A stretch of DNA of 64,000 bases from a virus: positions 1-64,000 of the IMG/VR virus record IMGVR_UViG_3300025141_012665. One strand, written 5' to 3'. Positions 7,886-17,493 of the stretch are shown here, piece after piece. Every line of letters begins with the position of its first letter. Position 1 is the first letter of the stretch. Under the pieces are notes generated by a model. It searched no databases, had not been told where the DNA came from, and saw nothing but the letters and a program-made list of their open reading frames with translations. The position numbers were made by a program, and so were the translations under genes.

Positions 7886-9061
7886 CTAATAGTCCAGTCT
7901 GACTCTGAGCGTCAACTCGTTTGTGGGATCCTTTCGCAACGGCTCTGAAAGCTTTGCAACCGCGAGAAGTTCGTTGTCTGCGGAATAGAGGCCGATTGTC
8001 GTGATATAAGTAACGGGAGCGTCGGCAGCGCGAGTTTTTACTCGAAGCTGGCTGGAAGATAGATATGTTGGGTTGCTTGAATAGTTAAAGTCATTATGGC
8101 TAACTCGGCAGAAATAAATAGTTGAGTTTAATTCTGTCGTATTATTATAGGAAATGTTATAGACCCTGTTCCGGAAACCGTCAGCTAATTGCGATATCGT
8201 TGCGCCGGTAGCAGCTAAGAGAAATCCCGTGGTGTCGTTATCAAGCCCCAGGTTAACCACTTTTGGAGATTTAGACGGAGATACGGAGGCGCCCAAGAGA
8301 CCACCATGTGCCGTGGCATTATTAAACAAAGACGCAGAAAGGACACATATGCCGGCCTGATAATAAATCAAGCCGCATGGTGGATTCGATTTTGAATCGC
8401 CCAAAACTTCAGTGGCTAGCCATGGTGCGACCGCTGCATCATCCGTAGATGAAGAGGCGAACAGGACACCATATTCGCCGGCTGGCGAATCTACATGGTA
8501 ACCGCTCGAACCGCTTGTGTCTGTTATTTTTATTCTGTCCGTCATCAGAAGCGGTGTTTGATTAAATGCGGTGTTACCCGAAGCAGCTAGCTCCATCGTA
8601 AACGAACCCTTTTTAATCTCGTCCTTTGAAAGAAGACGAGAAAATGGAACAAAATAACATTCATTCATCTCAGGTTCGCCGGTAGTTGGAAGCTTAAACT
8701 TCTTAATACTTCCTGTATGATCGTACCCAACAAGATACTGAGCCATTTGGTTATAAACATTTATTTTCTTGGCGACTTGCGAATGTCCAGAGGTCGTTCC
8801 GCTAACAGGAGAACTAGAGTGAAACCCAACAGTAACATCGAAGATATGATTTGCCGAGGAGCTTAAATAGGGATAATCATAAGTACTTTCAAACATTCCG
8901 TGGCCAAATGTTTTAATGTTGGCCTCGGATCCCAATGCTGTGGTCTGGGTTGCATTATATGTCCCAGAAACAATCGAACCAGTAATAGGAATTGCCTCGT
9001 GAAGAAGCGTCCTAGTGCTAGCAATGTCGTTGCTTAAAAAGCTTTTATATGTTGTTGCCAT
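7886..9061 (-). CDS. Virion (baseplate/tail-associated) protein
   Basis: C-terminus TYITTIGLYSADNELLAVAKLSEPLRKD resembles the C-terminal half of tail-collar/fibre attachment domains. S/T-rich. Confidence 0.65.
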   Translation of the reverse strand: MATTYKSFLSNDIASTRTLLHEAIPITGSIVSGTYNATQTTALGSEANIKTFGHGMFESTYDYPYLSSSANHIFDVTVGFHSSSPVSGTTSGHSQVAKKINVYNQMAQYLVGYDHTGSIKKFKLPTTGEPEMNECYFVPFSRLLSKDEIKKGSFTMELAASGNTAFNQTPLLMTDRIKITDTSGSSGYHVDSPAGEYGVLFASSSTDDAAVAPWLATEVLGDSKSNPPCGLIYYQAGICVLSASLFNNATAHGGLLGASVSPSKSPKVVNLGLDNDTTGFLLAATGATISQLADGFRNRVYNISYNNTTELNSTIYFCRVSHNDFNYSSNPTYLSSSQLRVKTRAADAPVTYITTIGLYSADNELLAVAKLSEPLRKDPTNELTLRVRLDY

Positions 9062-9077
9062 GTTATAATCCTATCCT

Positions 9078-9989
9078 TTATGATTTCTTAGCAAAGTCGA
9101 CCGGTATATCGATTCGATAACCAGTATTGACACCGATCACTCTAACTGTTGACCTGATTATCTTATGTGATGTCGCAACACTATCTGCATCTGAAAGGTC
9201 TCCAGTTGTCCCAATTGTCGTAAAATAATAATTGCTCGTATTAAGTTCCAATGAAGACTGTATTTTGAATTTCAACAGCGAGCCCCGCGGGCCAGAGATA
9301 GTTTGAGTCGAATCGCTTGAAGTGTCTGTGTTTTCCTCAACAGAGACATCTGTGCCCAAAGAAAGATAGTATGTTGCAATATTATCATCATCGACAAATG
9401 AGATTGAGGCCCGATTTCCGTCGACATCAGTAATGCTGCCCAACCTATTATCTATTTCAATTTGATATTGCGTTTCTACCAAGAGAGGATCCAGAGTTCT
9501 TGCCGGAGATATCGCTGAAGTATCCAGCCCCTGATCAACGCGGATAAAGCCAGTACCACTAGTGCCTGGCGTCTCTCCATAGAGCACTCCCGTCACGGTC
9601 GACAAGTTTGTCTGGGTTGTTTCGTTGACCGCTACAACAAATGCAGCGCGCTCGGAATTTTTAGATGTTTCAGTTGAGCCGCCGCCCTCGTTTAATTTGA
9701 GCATAGGGAGATACAGCAAGTTGTTTCTTGGAATGGAAACTAGCTTAGACTTCATCGATGCTGCATTATCAGTAAACGCTTCCAAGATGGGAGTCTGCAA
9801 TACCTCCAAATCATAATAAGCAGAACCGCTAGCATGATCCTTGTTAAAGTTTGTATAATTAATTTCATCGTCTCCGAGAGCAAATTTGACGATTCTAAAA
9901 CTACCATCTCCTTTTGCCATTCGCATGCGACCTGTATCAGTTAAAACGGCATCCAGTATGATGTCGCCGCTGTTATCTAGAAAAGCCAT
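9078..9989 (-). CDS. Virion (baseplate-associated) protein
   Basis: N-terminus ILDAVLTDTGRMRMAKG..FRIVKFALGDDEINY is paralogous to 16453..17493. AGGAG RBS and ACTATTTA box upstream. Confidence 0.65.
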   Translation of the reverse strand: MAFLDNSGDIILDAVLTDTGRMRMAKGDGSFRIVKFALGDDEINYTNFNKDHASGSAYYDLEVLQTPILEAFTDNAASMKSKLVSIPRNNLLYLPMLKLNEGGGSTETSKNSERAAFVVAVNETTQTNLSTVTGVLYGETPGTSGTGFIRVDQGLDTSAISPARTLDPLLVETQYQIEIDNRLGSITDVDGNRASISFVDDDNIATYYLSLGTDVSVEENTDTSSDSTQTISGPRGSLLKFKIQSSLELNTSNYYFTTIGTTGDLSDADSVATSHKIIRSTVRVIGVNTGYRIDIPVDFAKKS

Positions 9990-10020
9990 GTTCTTTTTTC
10001 TCTCCTTGGGGTGCTAGTAA

Positions 10021-10028
10021 TAAATAGT
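10021..10028 (-). promoter_or_regulatory. ACTATTTA box (putative late promoter)
   Basis: Intergenic, about 31 nt upstream of the start at 9989. Confidence 0.65.
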
Positions 10029-10056
10029 GTGTTGAAATAGATTTTTACTTTATAAT

Positions 10057-12789
10057 CTATGAGTCCCATCCGGATGGGCCGTTGCCATTGCCGGAAGAAG
10101 GGCCAGTGCCTGATCCGGAGTTATCAAGTTCAGCTTCTCTCTTTCCCCCAGTCAAAGCTTCCCAGTCGTTGTCGCGATCTTGGTACAGTAGCGGCGGCTC
10201 AGTTGAGGGGGATTGCCCCGATAGAAAGGGGTACTCGGATGATGAATCGGACAAATGTTCTTTAAGATCGGCTGGGGCCGGTCCGAAGGCATTCGGGGTT
10301 TTTTCAGACTTTGTCGCAAAGGCCATGTTCAAATCAATCTTCTTACCAGTATGTTTAGATGTCAGACGAATTTTAAACCTTTTACCAAACAAAGATTCGT
10401 CTTCTAGTCCAAGAACTATGTTTTTCGCAAAAGCATTGCCGCGGCTTCCGTTGCCCTTGATCAAGCCTGAAGCTGATTCGTTTACCATCGCCTGCGTTAT
10501 TTTCGGGGTTATTCTCAATAAGTTTCGGAAAGACTTTGTTTTTGTTCTCGGATTAACAGACTCGATATCAAAGATCTTAACAATCGGATAAGAAACGCCC
10601 CCATCATTATAAAGTTCAATTTCATATATTGGGCTTGGATTCGAAACCTCTTCATGGTCACCAAGAGCGCGGAATATGTAATAAAACTTTTTGTTTGGCT
10701 TTTGTTTTATTATCTTGCCGATTGAGCCGGCAGTTAGTGCCGTTCTTTCGGCAATATCAGTACTCACAGTCATTAATAATTTATTCTTAAAGTCTGTAAT
10801 GTCATTTGGGCGTCGAGCCATTCTATAAACCTCGACGAATGCTATAGCACTTGTTGTGTTATAAGAAATTTCTCCGGTTGGTGAGTTTGTCTGAAGAAGA
10901 TACTGTCTATTGTTTAAATTTTCTCGGTAACTGAATGGGATTGGCTCCTCTAAAGAAGAGCCGATGTTGGAATTAAAGAAGAACATCATCTGATTAGATA
11001 CGCCCTTATAAGAAATAACATTGACCTCCGGTGGGATCGGAGGAGGAGCCAACACCCTTCCTTTTGCAATAAACAGCGGAATTTCAACGAGCTTTATAAT
11101 TGGCTCGACTACCGCGTTCATGGAGCCCCATATCCTTCCATCTCCTCCTAGCCACATGTCTTCGGCCGAGGTCAAGTTTTCATATGAATATCTTGCGCCG
11201 ATGATGGCCCGAAACTCTGTAACGACATATGTGTAATCAACATCAAGCTTAAGCTGCGTATCGATAAATGATAATCTTCTGTTCTCGGCCTGTACGACAT
11301 CTTCGTCTGTCGAATTATATACATAAAATTCTTGTATAGGAGTGCCCGATGTTGATCTGCCCCTATATTTTCTCACTTTATATAGAACAGACTCTGAATA
11401 TGCCGACTCTCCTTTCACAATGTCCTCAAAAGTCCTAGTGTGGACCTGCATAAGATCTGTGAATTTTCCTTGCATAGTTGGAATTCCCAAAGCAGCTATC
11501 CATTTCTTGTTCCACATATCCTGAATTCTTGCTCCTTCCGGAGGGTTGGCCAAGAAAGAGGAAAGATTTTCCGCGCCGCGGACAGCAAGATCTTCCTGAT
11601 TTGTGTGCTCAGTGCTGATAAACATCGATGTTGCCGGCAATTTTGAAGGATTAGTTCCGGCCCAAACAGGGAGATCATACTTCCACCAGTCATTAAGATC
11701 CATAGTTAGGAAATTAACAATAAAGTTTTTCGTCTTGTTTGTATTATCTCCAGTAAGGTAGTCTATCGAATAAGATAAATTTTCTTTTGAAAGCGATTGA
11801 AGTGCGGCAGGCGCGCCGGATCCCTCAACAAAGTCCCTCATGAGGACAGAGGCAAGATCTGTTTCTTGAATTGCGCTGGCTATCTCTGAGTCTCTCCCTA
11901 GCGGCAAATTAATCTCTGCGTGAAATGGAAACAATTCTTTGTTTCCTTCAAACGGGGCAATTGTTTTCAATGGATCTCCAACGACCATTTGTGTTTTAAA
12001 TCTTCTACGCCTTCTCTTTTTTCTTATATTTTTAGCCAATAATTTTGAGGTGGGGGCCCTGAGATTCATCGGACTATCAGGGTTTTCGGGGTCAACATTG
12101 TTGACTTCGTTTTTAAGGTTTGTTACTTGCTCATACAGACTGGGGATCGTAACCACCGTTGCTGCCGGACTGCTTAATACTTTCTCATATGCTCGATCAC
12201 TATAGTTATACTCAAAGGTGACCCCCGCATATTCCGACAAGTCAGAAGAGCCACCAGCGGCATATGCCTCTTCGTGTGCAATCGGCACTCTCATTTTTGT
12301 TGCAAAATCTTCAAAAGTAGTATATCCGCTCGGCGCTTTTACTTGATCATATATTTTACTATAAAGAGAGTTTGCCTCGTCTATGTCCTTTGCTCCCTGA
12401 TCTGACGCGACGGTACCGAAGTAGACCTTTTGTTTAAACTTATAAAAGTCTGGCTGCTCTTGTTGCTCTGATTCTGGTGAAGTTCCCAATGTATCATCTG
12501 ACTGATCTATGCCAGAGAAGGGAGCATCGGAACCAAAATCAGATGGGTCGGCTCCTGATGGGCCCACAGGGGATCCTGCTGGGAGTGTGGTGTCGAGATT
12601 GGATTCAGGAAGAGATATTGGATCCTCGAATGTTAGGGTTATAGTCTTATTCTTCTTCTCGATAAATTGAAAACCAGTTTCCTTAGAATACCAGGAGCCG
12701 AAATTCTCCTTGAATTTGTCCTTGTTCGAAGAATCTGTTTCGTTCTTTAGAAGGCCCTGATTTAATATTGTTACTTTTTTTGAAGACAT
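10057..12789 (-). CDS. Hypothetical protein (910 aa), probable virion structural protein
   Basis: Long ORF in the structural module, translationally coupled (TAATG) to the upstream gene. No recognisable catalytic motif. Confidence 0.6.
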   Translation of the reverse strand: MSSKKVTILNQGLLKNETDSSNKDKFKENFGSWYSKETGFQFIEKKNKTITLTFEDPISLPESNLDTTLPAGSPVGPSGADPSDFGSDAPFSGIDQSDDTLGTSPESEQQEQPDFYKFKQKVYFGTVASDQGAKDIDEANSLYSKIYDQVKAPSGYTTFEDFATKMRVPIAHEEAYAAGGSSDLSEYAGVTFEYNYSDRAYEKVLSSPAATVVTIPSLYEQVTNLKNEVNNVDPENPDSPMNLRAPTSKLLAKNIRKKRRRRRFKTQMVVGDPLKTIAPFEGNKELFPFHAEINLPLGRDSEIASAIQETDLASVLMRDFVEGSGAPAALQSLSKENLSYSIDYLTGDNTNKTKNFIVNFLTMDLNDWWKYDLPVWAGTNPSKLPATSMFISTEHTNQEDLAVRGAENLSSFLANPPEGARIQDMWNKKWIAALGIPTMQGKFTDLMQVHTRTFEDIVKGESAYSESVLYKVRKYRGRSTSGTPIQEFYVYNSTDEDVVQAENRRLSFIDTQLKLDVDYTYVVTEFRAIIGARYSYENLTSAEDMWLGGDGRIWGSMNAVVEPIIKLVEIPLFIAKGRVLAPPPIPPEVNVISYKGVSNQMMFFFNSNIGSSLEEPIPFSYRENLNNRQYLLQTNSPTGEISYNTTSAIAFVEVYRMARRPNDITDFKNKLLMTVSTDIAERTALTAGSIGKIIKQKPNKKFYYIFRALGDHEEVSNPSPIYEIELYNDGGVSYPIVKIFDIESVNPRTKTKSFRNLLRITPKITQAMVNESASGLIKGNGSRGNAFAKNIVLGLEDESLFGKRFKIRLTSKHTGKKIDLNMAFATKSEKTPNAFGPAPADLKEHLSDSSSEYPFLSGQSPSTEPPLLYQDRDNDWEALTGGKREAELDNSGSGTGPSSGNGNGPSGWDS

Positions 12790-15700
12790 TAGTAAGGATC
12801 TCCCATAACGATAGGCGCAGGCGCGGCCTCTTCAAAAGTTGGATCAAGAAGTTCCAAGGCAGTTTTTCCAATCTTCGCGCTGCTTTTCTGCGGTGCGGTC
12901 GACCCAAAACTTGTACCAAATTTATTCTCAGCTATCGGTTGACCGGCCATTTCTGCGGTGCATGTATATTCCGGCTCGATGGCGGGCGCTATGAGTGCTG
13001 CGGACAATATTAGTCGCAAAGCTTTATATCCTGTGTTGCTAAAATTTTCTTGTGCGGACATAAGATCAATGTATGTTCTTCTGGTGGACCCAGTGAAGGT
13101 ATCAAGTTCTTCATCTTCTGCCGCAGCCTCAGATACGCCCGGTGATATCACAAAAGTTTCATCAAACACTGGAAGATCTAATTTTTTATTGTGTGCAAAT
13201 CTGATTAAATCATTATCGTATGGTCGTTGCCGGCACATCAATACGCGATTATTACTCTTGGCCTCTGATAATATCTTTTGAGTCATCGCCTTGAATTTTG
13301 GCTTTCCTAGAATATATTCCCCCGTTTGTTTGCTCTTTTTAAACCCCATAAAAACCTCTATTTTGTTTATCATCTTAAAGTTGTAATACAGCATTGCCTC
13401 TAGGCGCGGATCTTTCATAGGATCAGCAGAAAAGAACGAATTCATCGGCCTCTTAATAAATGGGCGCCCAGAGAAAAAAAGTACTTTATGTTGATTTGGC
13501 ATCTTGCTCAACAAGCTGGCCACCGTAGCTAGTTCTTCCGGCTTCTTCCTTGACCGTTTACCTGATTTACTAATTTTTCCGGCCATCTTGCGCTTGGACA
13601 AAAGATGCCTCTCTAAAACATTATTTGGATTAGACAAATCAAACGCCCTAATTCCAAGGGTATCATTTGAGGACATTTTAGATCTACCAAACAATTCATT
13701 ACCAGACTGTAGGAAACTACCCACAAGCGCAGAAGTAAACTCAGTAAAATCTCCCATTTCTTCTATATTTTCTTTCTTAAATTGCTCCACAATCACATCG
13801 GCGCCTTCGATGTCGTCAGATATCATACTAGAGTTAATTCCAATAACATCCTCCGCATCTGCAAAGCCTGAATCGCCTTCTTGATCGTCGTCGTCTTCTT
13901 CCTCGGAGTTTATTGATAAACTAAATTCATAATCCTCTGGTGTCGATATTGATGTGGAGAACGACATCAATACTTTTGAATTTATAGTATTAACCTTATT
14001 TTCTTCTATAAGCATCGATCCTGGATCTTCTGGGTCAAGGTTTGTGTGCATATTTTTCATTGCAACCAACTTATCTTTCCCTTTGGCCGCGATACCTGGT
14101 TTGAACGCTAAAATGGTGGACACGATCTGCTCATAATATTTATAAAACCAAAGCATAAGCTGATCAGGGAGCAAAGGAAAAGAGCGTGCCGGACCTAGAT
14201 TGATATAAGCAGGAGTCAGATAAGAACTTCTAACAGTGGCCCACTCAATAGAAGATCCTTTAACTTTTGTAGTTGTAGGCATTTTATTCAAATATTTATC
14301 ATTTTCCTGTCTTATTCTTTTCCTATATTCCTCTACGGACATATGTCGCACACCAACAAATCTGGTTCTCTCTCCTCCCAGAAAGTCATATCCAGTCTCC
14401 TTAAGAATATCACTATCAAAGATTTTTCGGAATCGATGTCTAATATATATCATTGGCTTATCGCTTCTCTTCTGATCGATCTTGCTCTTTTCAGTAAAAT
14501 CAAGCTCGCCGGTCAAGAGACCCTTTTGTCCCAAGATTCTCTTAATCTTGTATTCAAGAGACTGAATTTGATCAATAGTTGTTTCAATTCCTGCTATGGT
14601 GCCGGTGGTTGAATTACACAACCTATAGAGCATTGTTGACAATTGCTCCGCATGCTTGTCCGACATGGTGGTAAGATTAAACAAGCAATCAACATAAGTT
14701 GCGACTGGCTTTACCCATGGAGCAGAAACTATGCTCTGACTTAGAAGTCTGGACCGGTCTGTGGCGCCTGTGGTGAGGACAGACTGTCGAGGCAAAGGAT
14801 ATTTCTTTTCTAGCTGTCTCTGATATGTCTGTTTGAAACCATCAACATTGACATCATAATTAATCGGGAAAGCAGATTCATCGCGATAATTCTCCAGTGC
14901 GTCTCGGGCGGCAACAAGCCTTCCCAACATCTCCTTGGCGAATTCAACAGTTCCGTCTTCCAATTGGAACCTAATGCTATATTGAAAGGCGCCGTCTGTC
15001 CTCAAAGACATGTCATAATCGCTAACAGAAAATGTGCGCACATTTTTGGTGCCGGCTATCTTGAGTTCTCTGATTGCTCCAATTAATTTTGATTCCGTGT
15101 TTAGATCCTCGCTATCTGGATAGGAGCGCCTAGAAGTCAAAGGCAAAGAGCCAGCATGTTCTTCAGCGGAGATTGCAATCAATTCGGTCCTAGTTTCCCA
15201 GTCTACATCTTTTGCGGCTGTTTCGTCCTGTGCCTGTTTAATTCTGTGCCTGAATATTCTTAAGTTTTTGATTTTGCTTTTGGACAAGATATTTAACTTG
15301 GCCTGTTCATCGGCAGTCTCCAACAGTTTCCCAAATTGCGTCTCAAAGCGAACAATCTTCTCAAAATCCATATGAAACATAAAGTTTGAAGCATTCGACG
15401 GAGAACGAGAAAGATAAAGCCCAGACATATACTTTTCTTTTTTACGAATTTTATTTGCTTCCGGAGTCTTGTGCCTCTTCCCCCTTCTCTTATTCTGTTG
15501 CTTCTCTAAAGTATCTGGTCGAAGCTGCAATCTTGCTTCTTTTGCTTTGTCTAGTAAGCGATAGTCGTCGACAATAAAATTTGGTATTATCTTTTGCACT
15601 AGTTGCTCTTGAGGTTGAGATGACGGTGATGCGCCGGAGAAGAACGCGGAGCCATTGTCGGAGTGTATAGGGCCGGCCCAGATTTGCTTTTTTGATGTTG

Positions 15701-16406
15701 TATAGACATAGGAATTATTGCTAACAGAACCATCCTTGATTGCAACTTCTGCCGTTGTGTAGCCTTGTATTTCTGACTTAATCTGTTTTGCATATGCGCT
15801 TCTGGATGCTGCGACATAACCGGCGTCCAACACAGTCATGGTGAATATCGATAAATGATCAGGATAAAGCTCATCGACAGTAAAACTAACAGAATAGGGA
15901 ACAGAGTATATCGTCTTTTTTTTGCCGGCGGTGCCTCTTCTTTGGCTTTTAAGTTCTATAGAGCCAGATTTTTTAAGTGCAATGATTTTTTCTTCAATTT
16001 GGCTGGAGGTCTTGGCTTCACTGAGGGCTAGCGGTCGTACTCCATTCTTAAGAAATTTACGACCAGTGGCCTTATCTTTGCACAATATTACACGAATGTT
16101 CAAGTATCTTAAAAGCTCATCGTTATTAAACCAGAACGGCTGGCCGTCTGTGCCGTAAGCATCCTTGAGGACCAAATCAACGGTGACCGTCATGTTTCTT
16201 GAGCCCTCATATCCTTTTGAGCTTTTTACTCCAGATCTAATCTTCGCCTTTCCATACTGGTTTTTTGTAATGTTGGTTTTTTGTGATTTGTCGTTCGGGT
16301 CTCTCCTGTTCGAACCCACATCCCCCTCAGACAGAGTAATCTTACGAACATACGCCATCGGCAAAGCGTTGTCGAAAATACTAGAAAGATCTACTTTTGC
16401 TGCCAT
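12789..16406 (-). CDS. Hypothetical protein (1205 aa), probable virion structural protein
   Basis: Long ORF with GAGG RBS and ACTATTTA box upstream, in structural-module context. Confidence 0.6.
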   Translation of the reverse strand: MAAKVDLSSIFDNALPMAYVRKITLSEGDVGSNRRDPNDKSQKTNITKNQYGKAKIRSGVKSSKGYEGSRNMTVTVDLVLKDAYGTDGQPFWFNNDELLRYLNIRVILCKDKATGRKFLKNGVRPLALSEAKTSSQIEEKIIALKKSGSIELKSQRRGTAGKKKTIYSVPYSVSFTVDELYPDHLSIFTMTVLDAGYVAASRSAYAKQIKSEIQGYTTAEVAIKDGSVSNNSYVYTTSKKQIWAGPIHSDNGSAFFSGASPSSQPQEQLVQKIIPNFIVDDYRLLDKAKEARLQLRPDTLEKQQNKRRGKRHKTPEANKIRKKEKYMSGLYLSRSPSNASNFMFHMDFEKIVRFETQFGKLLETADEQAKLNILSKSKIKNLRIFRHRIKQAQDETAAKDVDWETRTELIAISAEEHAGSLPLTSRRSYPDSEDLNTESKLIGAIRELKIAGTKNVRTFSVSDYDMSLRTDGAFQYSIRFQLEDGTVEFAKEMLGRLVAARDALENYRDESAFPINYDVNVDGFKQTYQRQLEKKYPLPRQSVLTTGATDRSRLLSQSIVSAPWVKPVATYVDCLFNLTTMSDKHAEQLSTMLYRLCNSTTGTIAGIETTIDQIQSLEYKIKRILGQKGLLTGELDFTEKSKIDQKRSDKPMIYIRHRFRKIFDSDILKETGYDFLGGERTRFVGVRHMSVEEYRKRIRQENDKYLNKMPTTTKVKGSSIEWATVRSSYLTPAYINLGPARSFPLLPDQLMLWFYKYYEQIVSTILAFKPGIAAKGKDKLVAMKNMHTNLDPEDPGSMLIEENKVNTINSKVLMSFSTSISTPEDYEFSLSINSEEEDDDDQEGDSGFADAEDVIGINSSMISDDIEGADVIVEQFKKENIEEMGDFTEFTSALVGSFLQSGNELFGRSKMSSNDTLGIRAFDLSNPNNVLERHLLSKRKMAGKISKSGKRSRKKPEELATVASLLSKMPNQHKVLFFSGRPFIKRPMNSFFSADPMKDPRLEAMLYYNFKMINKIEVFMGFKKSKQTGEYILGKPKFKAMTQKILSEAKSNNRVLMCRQRPYDNDLIRFAHNKKLDLPVFDETFVISPGVSEAAAEDEELDTFTGSTRRTYIDLMSAQENFSNTGYKALRLILSAALIAPAIEPEYTCTAEMAGQPIAENKFGTSFGSTAPQKSSAKIGKTALELLDPTFEEAAPAPIVMGDPY

Positions 16407-16428
16407 GACCTAATTGTTCCTCTTGTTG

Positions 16429-16436
16429 TAAATAGT
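16429..16436 (-). promoter_or_regulatory. ACTATTTA box (putative late promoter)
   Basis: Intergenic, about 22 nt upstream of the start at 16406. Confidence 0.65.
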
Positions 16437-16452
16437 AACTCGCACATTAATA

Positions 16453-17493
16453 CTAGCAGTCTTCTCCGTCAGCATCGCTACCATAAATATCGATAGTAAG
16501 CACATCTTTTAGATCTGGACAATCAAAATCGATGCCGCAAGGGGAGTAAAAACTTCTCCCTTGTTTCTTCATTCTAGTAATGGAACTACAGATAACATTT
16601 TTTCCTATTTCATCATCGACATCTACATTAAAGTAATATTCTACAAATGACGGATCCTTTTCAATTGTATGTCCCTTTGTGCGGCCAGCTTTCTGCCTAG
16701 CCTCTTTTGGATCCAGTAAGATATTGTTCTCGACCATCTCTATTGGTTTAATGAAGGAAAGAGGAATGAGCACTTCTTCCCCCAGAGAGCCTGTTAGTCC
16801 AGTCATCTCAAACACTTCAACATCAAAGTTTCTATTATCACATGTGGCATTTCCTTCTTCGACCAGCAATAGCATTTCGTCAGCACCAACAACCACAGAG
16901 AGACCATTATTATAAACTTTTTGTGATGAAAGTGCCGGATCCACCCTGAATCTAGTAAAAGAATCTTCTGGGTCAACTACAGCCACCTTATATTCGATTG
17001 AAGCGTCGACTTGAGGAATCTTTAATAACTGATTTGAGTAGGTTGTAGAGCCTGTAGTGATGTTTTTTGTACGCAAAGTACCAGTCATATAGTTGATTGA
17101 ACTGTTAAAAGAATCTCCCTTTAAGCAAGTTAAAGAAAAATAAGGCATCTTTGTCGATCCCAAATCACTAGTCCCAAGTGGCTCTGGAAGGGTGAATAGC
17201 TTCTCGTAAGTGGCTAGTTCTTTTCTATCTTCGATGTCTCCAACGCCATCAAAAAGGAACTCGTCCCTTCCTGTGAAACAATGACGGGGTTTCAGCCATG
17301 GCGTTTCTTCTTGTATTCTGGCCTCAGCGCTGTTTTTGTCCTCGTGCATTCCTGCGTGCTTAAAATCATAGGTGACTCCTTCGTCAAAAAATGCATAATA
17401 AACTGGCTTCATCTTTCCCTTAGATAGGAGATGCCTACCATATTGGGTAAGTTGAATGTCTAAAACTTCTTCTTTTGGATTAAAAAATGTCAT
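16453..17493 (-). CDS. Virion (baseplate-associated) protein, N-terminal paralogue of 9078..9989
   Basis: VLDIQLTQYGRHLLSKG...YYAFFDEGVTY aligns with ILDAVLTDTGRMRMAKG...KFALGDDEINY. Confidence 0.6.
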   Translation of the reverse strand: MTFFNPKEEVLDIQLTQYGRHLLSKGKMKPVYYAFFDEGVTYDFKHAGMHEDKNSAEARIQEETPWLKPRHCFTGRDEFLFDGVGDIEDRKELATYEKLFTLPEPLGTSDLGSTKMPYFSLTCLKGDSFNSSINYMTGTLRTKNITTGSTTYSNQLLKIPQVDASIEYKVAVVDPEDSFTRFRVDPALSSQKVYNNGLSVVVGADEMLLLVEEGNATCDNRNFDVEVFEMTGLTGSLGEEVLIPLSFIKPIEMVENNILLDPKEARQKAGRTKGHTIEKDPSFVEYYFNVDVDDEIGKNVICSSITRMKKQGRSFYSPCGIDFDCPDLKDVLTIDIYGSDADGEDC

